From the IMG/VR virus record IMGVR_UViG_3300042350_002797, positions 62,001 through 126,000 of that record: DNA of 64,000 bases. The stretch is one strand, 5' to 3'. The notes under the pieces are model-generated. The model saw only the letters and a program-made list of their open reading frames with translations. It had not been told where the DNA came from and made no database searches. Of this stretch, positions 45,766 through 57,700 are shown one piece after another. How positions within the stretch are numbered: position 1 is the stretch's first letter; every line of letters begins with the position of its first letter. Made by a program: the position numbers and the translations under genes.

Positions 45766-48700
45766 TGTCAAATATGGATCAAGAAGAACCTGGATTACCA
45801 ATTAATAATTCTGGACAACGATCTTCTGCTGATTTATTACCAAAATATTTTAGAACAGCAGGTAATAGAAAGTTTTTACAATCTACTTTAGATCAGTTAA
45901 TACAGCCAGGATCTGTTAAAAAACTTAACGGATTTATTGGCCGTAAAAATGCCAAAGCTGTTAAATCAGATGATATTTTTATTAATGCTAGTGATTCTAT
46001 AAGACAAAATTATCAGTTAGAACCAGCCGCAGTAATACAGGATGATTTTAACAATATAAATTTTTTCAAAGATTATATTGATTATATAAATCAGATTAAA
46101 ATCTTAGGCGGGGAAGTTTCTAATCACGAAAAATTAAATCAGCAAGAAACTTATAGCTGGAATCCATTTATAGATTGGGATAAGTTCGTAAACTTTCAAA
46201 ATTATTACTGGTTACCTTATGGCCCAGATAGTATTAAAGTTGCAGGACAACAAGAAGAAATAGTCAGTACTTATAGTGTAGTTCTTGTTGATGAAGGTGA
46301 CAATTATGCCTTTTTGTTTAGTCCAGACGGACTATTAAGAAATCCTACTTTAAGATTATATAGAGGGCAAACTTATAATTTTCAAGTAAATGCACCAAAC
46401 AATCCGTTTAGTATAAAAACTTCAAGAATTCAAGGAAGCACTAATAGGTATAATAACGGAGTTACAAATAATGCTACTTCTAACGGAGTTATTACATTCA
46501 CAGTTCCTGTTAATGCTCCAGATGTGTTGTTCTATGTAAGTGAAAACGACGTTAATGCCGGCGGTGTTTTTCAAGTTTTAGATGTCGAAGAGAATACTTT
46601 TTTAGATCTGGATAAAGACATCTTAGGTAAAAAAACATATACTATGATTAATGGTATAAGCATGTCTAATGGCATGAAACTAAAATTTATAGGAAGAGTT
46701 ACTCCTGAAATTTATGCAAATGGCTATTGGTATGTCGAAGGTGTAGGAACAGAAATTAAATTAATTCCTGAATCCGAATTAGAAATAATTAGCTCATATT
46801 CAGATTCAAAAGAATTATTGTTTGATGATATTGGATTCGATAACGAGCCGTTCAGTTCAGCAAGCTCTTTTGCCGGCAAAAAAGATTATATTACTATAAG
46901 CAGAGGGTCAGCAGATAGAAATGCATGGTCTAGATACAATCGATGGTTTCATAAAGATATAATTGAATTTGCTGCACAATCAGAAAATCAAATACCAGTA
47001 TTTGATCAATCTCTGCGAGCTAATAGACCAATTATTGAATTTAAAAATAATATTAAACTTTTTAATTTTGGTCATAAAGCAAAAACTACCATTGATTTAA
47101 TAGATAATTTTACTAAAGACGTTTTTTCAACTATTGAAGGCAGTCTAGGTTATAATGTAGACGGTGTCGATTTAGCCAACGGTATGCGAGTGTTGTTCAC
47201 TGCTGACCCAGATAGATTAGTTAAAGATAAGATTTTTAAAGTAAATTTTATAAATGTAGTAGTTCCAGGTAGACAATTTACTTTCAATGCAAGCACACAG
47301 GTCGATGTAGACAACAATATTATTAGTGTAAGTACTCCTCATAACCTATCTTCAAGCGATCAAGTTGTTTATTTGAATAATGGAAATGACAGTATTACTG
47401 GATTAGTAAACAGAAAAATTTACTACGTTTATGTTATTGATACTTTACGTTTTCAGTTATTTAATGATAGATTATTAACAGTGCCTGTAGATATTTTTGC
47501 GACAGGTAGCGAAATTCATAAGTTTGAAGTTTATAATAAATTACGAAGACAAATCAATTTAGTTGAAGAGCCAGACACTGATCCAATTTTTAACGAAACA
47601 ATTTTGATCAAATCTGGCATAGCCAACGGCGGCTTTATGTATTGGTACGATGGCACTAATTGGAAATACGCTCAGCAAAAAACTAGTATAGGACAGCCTC
47701 CGTTATTTGATTTGTTCGATGAAAACGAAGTTAGTTATTCAGATACATCTGTTTATGATAGCAGCACTTTTCAAGGTAATAAAGTGTTTAGCTATAAAAT
47801 TGGAACAGGCCCAGTTGATTCTAACTTAAATTTTCCGTTAACTTATAAAAATATCAACAATGTCGGAGATATCGTATTTGAGTTTAATTTGTTAAATGAA
47901 TCATTCAATTACAAAGTCGAAACACAAGTCAAATCAAAAAATACAGATGTAGCTTATCTTAGACAGATAGAAGACCTGTCTACCTATTCTTATGCTAATG
48001 GTTGGACTAAGACGTTAGTTACAAACATTCAGCCTATAGTTAGAATTTTTAAAAATTCAGGATTAGTAAACGACTTTCCAATAGATGTATATGATGACCC
48101 TAATAACTTAAATGATCTTGAAGTAAGAGTGTATATTGACGGTATCCGCTTAAACAAAGATAAATTTTCCATTCAATCTAATGTTGTAAGAAAGTTTGTT
48201 CGATTAACTACAGATGTTAGTATAACAAATGTTGTCACTTTAAAGTGTTTTTCATCTCAAACGAAAAATGATAAAGGACATTATGATGTTCCTTTAAATT
48301 TACAAAACAATCCTTTAAACGATAATGTTAATGAATTTACTTTAGGTGAAGTAATTGATCATGTAGGATCTATTGTCGAAAATTTAAATCAATTCTCAGG
48401 AGAGTATCCAGGAGATAGTAATCTAAGAGATTTAGGAAATGTTTCAGGTTACGGTACAAGATTTTTACAACACTCAGGTCCTTTAAATTTAGCACTGTAT
48501 CATCTTGGTCAAAAGAACTTTAATATTTTTAAAGCTTTAGAAAAAGCTAGAGACGATTACGGTAAATTTAAAAGAACTTTCTTAGTAGCAGCGTCTAATA
48601 CAGGAATAGAAACAGAAGCAAGACTTCATGTTGATTATGTATTAGAAAAAATGAGTAAAGATCAGGCAAGTAACAAGCCATACTACCTTTCAGATATGTT

Positions 48701-51700
48701 TGCTTATACTGTAGCTAACAGATTAGAATATGTGATCGAAGATGCAAGATTAAAAATTTATCCGATGTCAAATAATTTTAATCTGAATTCTTTATCAAAT
48801 AACGCGGTATATTTGTACATCAACGGAGAGCAATTAGTACATGGTAGAGATTATGTTTTTGGTGATGATGTTTTCATTACTATCATTAGAGATCTTTATG
48901 AAAATGATTTATTAGAAATAGTCGAATATGAAAGTACTGACGGATCTTTTTGTCCTGCAACGCCTACTAAATTAGGATTATATCCAAAATTTGAACCTAA
49001 GAAGTTTATCGATGATTCCTATCTAGAACCAAAAGAAGTTATACAAGGACATGACGGTAGTATTACTTTAGCATACGGAGATTATCGTGATGACATGTTA
49101 TTAGAATTAGAAAAGAGAATTTTTAATAATATTAAATCATCCTACGATACTAGTATTTTTAACGTATATGAATTTATTCCTGGACACAGTAGAGATACAG
49201 TTTATTCTAAGGAAGAATTTGACACAGTTTTAAGTAGATTTTTCTATCAGTGGACATTATTAATAAATGAAGATTACACTCAGCAAACATATTGGGATAG
49301 ATTAAATCCGTTTACTTTTAATTATAGGGGAAATTTTACTCCTGATGGAAGGGATATTCCAGCATTTTGGAGAGGAGTATATCAGTGGTTGTTAGATACA
49401 GATAGACCACACACTCGCCCCTGGGAATGTCTAGGGTTTTCAATAGAACCTTCTTGGTGGACAGAAATATATGGACCAGCACCTTATACATCTGATAACA
49501 GAGTGTTATGGGATGATATACAGCAAGGAATTATCAGAGAACCAGGTAAGCCAATTAGAATTAATAGTTTATTTGCAAAATCTGTTTTACAATACGGAAC
49601 TCCAGTAGACGACCAAGGTAACTTATTAGATCCCGTTAATGCTAACTTTGCGCAAGGTCCTCTGAAACCAACACCTGAAGGATATTATGTATTTGGAGAT
49701 CAAGGGCCTGTTGAAGCAGCTTGGAGAAAATCCAGTTTTTATCCTTTTAGTTTAATTCAGGCATTATTATTATTGCAACCTAACAAAGTTCTAGCATCAT
49801 GTTACGACATATCAAGAACTAAACGTAATTTTAATAATCAATTAATTTATTCTGAAACAGGATTAAGAATAAGATTAAAAGATTTAGTGCTTCCTAGTAC
49901 GATTTCTCAAAGCAACAGAATATATGCTGCTGGGCTAGTCAATTACATAGTTGACTTTATTAGTAGTGACTTGTTATCTTTAGTAGAGAATTACAAAAGC
50001 GATTTACAACGATTAACAAATAAAATTGGTTCTAAGTTAGGATCTTTTACCAGTAAAACTAAATTAAAATTATTATTAGATAGTAAATCTCCAACTAGTA
50101 CAGGCGGCGTGTTTGTCCCAGAAGAAAATTATAATATTTTTCTTAACACATCTAGTCCAATTAAAAAAGTTGTGTACAGCGGAGTCATAGTTACAAAATA
50201 TCCAGACGGTTATGAAATTAGAGGTTATGATTTAGACAATCCTTTTTTTACATATTATCCTTATAGAAAAACTGGATCTACTATTAAAGTAGGTGGTATA
50301 AGTGAAAGTTTTGCTGACTGGGCTGAAAATAAAACATACGTGGCAGGAAAAATAGTTTTATATAACGGAGTGTATTATAGAGTAAAAACAACTCATGAAA
50401 CTACTGACACATTTGATAGTCAGTTGTATGCTAAATTACCTCGACTTCCAGAAATAGGTGGAGTCGAGATCTTACTAAGAGATTTATGGGATTACTCAAC
50501 TCCTCTTACATTGTCATACGGAACTAAATTACAAACAATTCAAGATGTAGCAGATTTTATTCAAGGGTACGGAGAGTATCTAGAACAATTGGGATTTGTT
50601 TTTGAAGAGTTTAATAATGTTTTACAAACAATAACTAATTGGAAAACTTCTTTACAAGAATTTGCGTTTTGGACTACACAGAATTGGAAGGAAGGATCAG
50701 TATTAGCATTAAGTCCAGCTGCTCAAACATTGACTTTTAAATCAGATCTTGAAGTTGTTAACGATATTAAAGATCCGTTTTATGGCTATAAAATTTATAG
50801 AGTTGATGGCAAGTTGTTAGATTCTTCAAATTTACAAGTGTATAGAAATAAAAACGAATTCTATTTAGATGTAAAAGATTCAGCTCAGGGAATATATGGA
50901 GCAGTTCTGTATACAATACAAAAAGAACATGCTCTTATAATAGATAATTCGACATTGTTTAATGATGTAATTTATGATCTAGCTCCAGGATATCGCCAAG
51001 AAAGAATTAAAGTTTTAGGTTATGTGGCTTCAGAATGGTTTGGAGGATTTGACATTCCAGGTTTTATCTACGATGAAGCAAGAATTAATGATTGGCAAAT
51101 TTGGACAGATTATAAATTAGGCGATATTGTAAAATTCAAAGAGTTTTATTATAGCGCCAGGAAATTTATTTTAGGATCAGAAGAATTTAATTTTGAAGAT
51201 TGGTATAGGTTAGATGAAAAACCTGAAAGTCAGTTATTGTCTAACTGGGATTATAAAGCAGACCAATTCAGAGATTTTTATGATTTAGATACTGATAATT
51301 TTGACGCAGAACAACAAAGATTAGCGCAACATTTAATTGGATATCAAAATAGACAATATCTTGAAAACATTATTAAAGACGATGTTAGTCAATATAAATT
51401 TTATCAAGGAATGATTGTTGAAAAGGGTAGTCAAAATGTACTTAATAAGTTGTTTGATACATTAAGTGCAGATGATCAGGAAAGTTTAGAGTTTAACGAG
51501 GAATGGGCACTGAGAGTAGGAGAATTTGGTGCGTCAAGTGCCTTCGAAGAGATTGAGTTTAAATTAGACGAAAATTTATTTAGACTAACTCCTCAGCCGT
51601 TTGAATTAACTAATAACATTAATCCATCTATAGTAGATTATGTTATAAGACAGAAATCTACGGATGTTTATATTAAGCCAGTTGGGTATAATAACAATCC

Positions 51701-54700
51701 ATGGCCTATTAGCGATGTAAAACAGTTTTTAAGATCAGCAGGGTTCGTAAGATATAATGATGTTAAACTTGCTATAGATACCTTAGATGAAATACTAACG
51801 CAAGATATAGTAGATTTTATTGAGGGCGATTACATCTGGTGTGCATTCGATACAGTTAAAAATAATTACTGGAACGTATACAGATTAACAAATGCAAATA
51901 TAAATGTTGAGCGTATTCAATTTTCCTCATCAGAATTTACAGTAGTATGCGAAAGAATTCCAAATATCCAAGTAGGTCAATATATTGGAATAGATCAAAA
52001 TGAAAAAGTTAACGGATTTTATAAAGTTAAAAGTATTCAAGGAAGATCATTTACTGTTGATAAGGATTTAACCGGCATCGATTTAGAAACTGAAGATAGC
52101 AGTGCTTTAGTAATATATAAATTCACAACTAGTAAGATAGAAGATATTAATTTTGCTAATGAATATTTGCCTCCTATTATTAAAACGGGAGAATTAATTT
52201 GGGCTAATAATGTCGGTCAAGGGCTGCGGGGAGTATACGAAAATAATAAAGTTTACAACAGATTATCTTTTGAAACTCCGGATCCAGAACTAAATCTTAA
52301 GTTCGGACTAAAAGTTTCTTCAATCAAAGACGGATCGTTGTGCGCAGTAACAACAGCAAACAATCAAGTCACAATTTTTAGCAAAGCAGTAAATGATGCT
52401 AAGTGGACACAAACGTTTGTTATCGACCCTCCAAAATATATTTTTCCAGATGACATCGATGGCGGCGCCGCATTTAGAGCAGCACAAGGATTCGGATACG
52501 AAACAGCATTTACTCCAGACGGAGAATGGCTGGCTATCGCAGCACCACTAGCTAGTCGAGTTCGTTCTGGATGGGAAGGCGACTTTACCGAAGGGCAATC
52601 GTACGATTTTGGAGATGCTGTAAGAGTAAGAAGCACTCATTGGTATGCAAAACGTAATATATTAGGAGACAGTGCTGTTAACTTTAAAGACGATGCTCCA
52701 GGGCCAGCTTTCGGGTCAAGGAATTACGATGAGTTCAGATTTAGACAAGACTGGACTCCTGCATATCTAATTAACACTGATGCTACTAAATCTCCTAGTG
52801 CCTTAACAGAGCAAGGATATGTCGCTTTATATAAGAGAGTAGGACAAGGAGAATTTACACTCGTTCATAGTTTTGTAAGCCCAGAGCCAACAAATAATGA
52901 ACGTTTTGGTAGTAAAATCTCTTTCGCGAAACAAGGTAATGATTATGTTCTAGCTATTAGCAGTCCAGGATATAGAAACCGCGGTAGGGTTTACATGTAT
53001 CGATATGGAGAAACAGAAACTGATAGTACTGTAAGTTTTTGGAAAATGGATTATAATAGATTCTATGTAGGGGCATTTAGTTCATTCAATCAATATTATC
53101 CAGGAGATATAGTATTAAATCCTACTAACTATCAGTTGTATAGATGTTTAGCCTTCCAAGATCCGACTCCAATAGAAACGAATCCTAGTGCGTGGCAAAT
53201 TATAACATCATCTACATCAATTCTAGGATTCTTTCCGCAAATAGTAGATGATGATATTGAAATCGACAATAATGTTACATTTGATTCTAGCTATAAATTG
53301 CCTCCGCCATTGAGAAATGATGCAGTAGAAATATTATTTCCAGGAGATGAATTTGGGTACGATGTAAGATTAAGTGCAGATGGCGGCGACACTCTTGTAA
53401 TTTCTGCACCAGCTGCCGATGAATTTAATTACGGAAATTTTAAAGGAAAATTTAAAAAGACAATCATTTATAGCAAAGGTGATGTAGTTTATCACAGAGG
53501 CGGGTTCTGGAGATACGCAGTAGATTCGGATACTACACCTAACGAAGATGAATTTGTTGAAAGTGAGTGGGAAATTCTAAATGTGACCTATGAAGATTCT
53601 TCATACGGGTATCAAGGCGAATTTAAATTAGATGGCAGGTATTATCCAGGCGATGTTGTATATGTTAAAAATAATGCAACTGGCAAAGCGACTCTATATC
53701 AGAGCATAGGCAATTTTATCGGTGACGGCAGTTCAGGAACAGACTTAGATAAATCACACGAGTGGAGAAAACTATTTCCTAGAACAACAAATACAGGAAA
53801 AGTATTTGTTTATAAATTTGATGGGTCTGCGTATTCGTTGTCTCAGACTTTAGGAGCCGATCAAGCGTTAGATATTAATACAGAAGAAAGATTCGGAGAG
53901 TCCGTAGCTGTTAGTGATAATTCTGATGTAATAGCAGTTGGTAGTGTACTTACAGATAAAATTACAGACGATCAAGGAAAAGTTGTTATTTTTAAACAAC
54001 AAGCCGATGTTTATTATAAACAACAAGATTTATATAGTCAACGAGCCGAGCCAAGAGAAAAGTTTGGCAGTTATGTAGATTTTATGAATAATGGTGAAAC
54101 ATTAGTAGTATTCTCAGCTAATGGCGACATTGAAAATATTACAACATTTGATAAAGCTAACACTACTTTCGACAATGCATTTTTACGAATAGTTGATCTT
54201 CAAATTGATACTGGAAGAATTGATATCTATGATCGATATGATGTTAATTATGTGTATGGAGAAAGTTTAGCAACTCCATATTTAGAAGAGGATCTGCAAG
54301 TCAACGACCTATCAGACAAATATGGTTATAGTATTGCCGTTTCAAATAATAATATTTTAGTTTCAGCCCCATTAGAAGACGGTATAGATACTAATGTTGG
54401 AAAAGTTTATAGTTATAATAAATCTACAGGAAAGTTATCTTGGTCTCAAAAATATAAAGAAAGTAAAACTCCAGATGCTACTAAGATTAAAAAATCTTAT
54501 CTTTATAATCGAAAAACAAATGCATTAGTATCTTATTTAGATGTAGTAGATACTATTAGAGGAAAAATTCCAGGCCCTGCTGATCAAGAAATAAAGTTTA
54601 AAACTTACTATGATCCTGCAACGTACTCGGTGGCATCTGAAAATTTAAACGTTAACGATGGAGCTAAGTGGGATGAAAAACATGTAGGTATGTTATGGTG

Positions 54701-57700
54701 GGATTTAAGTAGAGCAAAATTTATAGAAAACAGTGTAGGGGATGTAACATATCGTTCTGTAAATTGGAATAAGCTTTATAAAACTGCTAGTATCGACATT
54801 TACGAATGGGTATCATCTAAATATTTGCCCTCTCAATGGGACGAATTAACCGGAACAGAAGAAGGATTTGCTCAAGGTATAAGCGGAACAACACGATACG
54901 GAGATCAGAGTTACAGCATTAAACGACGGTTTGATACAATTACAAAAACTTTTGTATCTACTTATTATTATTGGGTAAAAAATCCTACATTAATTCCTAA
55001 TGTAGTAGGCAGATCTATGTCAGCTATTGATGTTTCTCAGATGATTGCTGATCCTATTGGTTACGGTTACCCATGTTTAGCTCTAACCGGAACAAATAGT
55101 TTTAGTCTGTCAAATGTCAAAAATTTCTTAGAAGATGACAGAATAGTGTTAAATGTTCAATATTGGATAATAAACGATCTGACAAAAAATGCGCATAGTC
55201 AATGGAAGATCATTAGCGAGAAGCCAACTGCAATTATTCCTAGAGAAATTGAAAGTAAATGGTTAGATAGTTTAGTAGGAAAGGATTATCAAAATCGTGT
55301 TTTACCAGACAGAAAACTTCCTTTTAAATTAAAATACGGCATCGAGTCTAGACCAAGACAAAGCATGTTTTCTAATCGTGTTGAGGCATTAAAAGAATTT
55401 ATAGAGAAAACTAATTCAATTTTAGAAAAATTAGTAATAGTAGATATTGCAGATTTAACTGACTTAATGTCCAACGATCCTGAACCAAGTTTAATTTCAG
55501 GAATTTATGATAAGATTGTCGATGTTGATTTAGAGTTAGGATTAATTGGAACGTCAAAATTAAAAACTGCTGCAATTACTCTTATTATAACTGATGGAAG
55601 AATAACAGGAGCAGAAATAGTTAACGCAGGAAATGGATATGTAAACGCACCATATGTTAAAATAGTTGGTAATGGTAAAGGTGCAATAGTTAAAACAGTA
55701 ATTTCTAATGGTAAGGTAGTCGGTGTTGATATTATTGATTCAGGATATGGATATAATAACGATACTTTTGCAATTATTAGATCTTATTCTGTGTTAATAA
55801 AAAGCGATGCTGTTTCTCTGAATAAATGGGCAGTAGTAAATTGGAATGATGTTAAGAAAGAATGGTTAAGAGTTAAGACTCAAGCTTATGATGTAACTAA
55901 TTTCTGGGAATATATTGATTGGTATGATGTTGGATATAATCAATATACCCCTGTTGATTTTGTAGTAGAAAATACTTATCAGTTAGGGTTCTTAGAATCA
56001 GATATTGGGTCAATTGTTAAAGTAAAAAATATAGGTTCTGGTGGCTGGGTACTGTTAGAAAAATATGATAACAATGTAACAATTGACTATACAAAAAATT
56101 ATAAAGTTGTTGCAAGACAAAATGGTACAATTAAATTTAAATCCTCTTTATATAATTTTACTAATACAACTTTTGGCTATGATGCTGATTTATATGATTC
56201 TTTATTTTATGATAATGTTGCAGAACAAGAATTAAAAATTATTATTAACACTATAAAGAATAAAATATTTGTTGAAGACTTAAGAGTAAATTATATCCAA
56301 TTATTTTTTAGTAGTCTACGATATGTATTCAAAGAACAATTCTTTGTCGATTGGGCTATAAAAACAAGTTTTGTAAATGCGAATCATAAAGCAGGATATT
56401 TACAACAAAAAGTTTCTTATAATAGTGATAGTTTACAAGACTTTGAGGAATATATTAAAGAAGTTAAGCCGTACAGAACAAAAATACGGGAGTACGTAAG
56501 TTCTTATACTGCGGTTGATCGTTCTCAGACCAGTGTAACGGATTTTGATTTACTACCATCAATTAAGAATAACTTAATTGTCGAACCAGTAAAAGTTAAA
56601 ATAAATGATAACGACGGTTCTGTTGAGTATTTTGATCCAGTTGTAGAAACATATCCTTGGAAGTTCTGGCTAGATAATGTTGGATTTAATGTCCAGTCTA
56701 TAGAAATCTCAGATCCAGGTTCAGGTTATATTACTAGACCAGTAGTTCGTATCAATGGAGGATTTGGATCTGGCGCTGAAGCAAAAGCTTATATTAATAA
56801 TGGAAAACTTTCTAGAATTGATTTAATTTCTAAAGGATCAGGGTATCTTAAAGCACCTGAAGTTATAATCGATGGAGGTTTAGCAGTCGGAGGAACTGCT
56901 GCGAAGGCTGTAGCAGTTATAGAAAACAGTGTAGTCAGATCTAACAAGTTAAGTATTAAGTTTGATAGAATTACTCGAAATTATTACGTAACAGAATTAG
57001 AAGTTACTGAAACATTTGTTGGAAATAATTCTAGAAAACAATGGCCTCTAAAGTATAGTCCAAATTTAACATACAATAAGACATCGGTTAAAATAAATGG
57101 TGTAGATGTTTTAAAATTTGATTATGCTCTTACATCTAAAAAATCTACAACACGCGGCTATACTAGTTATTCAGGCTTAATAACTTTTGAAAATGCACCA
57201 CGTGCTAATGCAGAAATAGTAGTAACTTACGAAAAAGATTTTAATCATTTATCAGCAGCTGATAGAATTAATTTCTATTACGATCCTCAAACAGGACAAC
57301 TAGGAAAAGATTTAGCACAATTAATGCAAGGTATTGATTTTGGTGGTGTTAATATAACTGGATTAGGATTTAATATTAACGGCGGTTGGGATAGCTTACC
57401 TTGGTATTCAGATGGGTGGGACGGATTTGATGCGGAATTTGATGATAGAATTATATCAGTGGGTGACAGCACTTATAGTTTTTATATTGGATATGTTCCT
57501 GAATCAGGACAAGAAATTAACATTTACCTTAACGGTAAACGATTAGACGATCCGTATTTTGATCTATACGATGGTGTAACAGTTCAAGCCAACGGAAGAA
57601 AGGTAGCACCAGCAGGAACTGTAATGAATACTTGGGTAGGAAATGGAATTGATGATACAATTTTATTACCAGATGGTGCAGGATTAAACATTAAGGCTGG

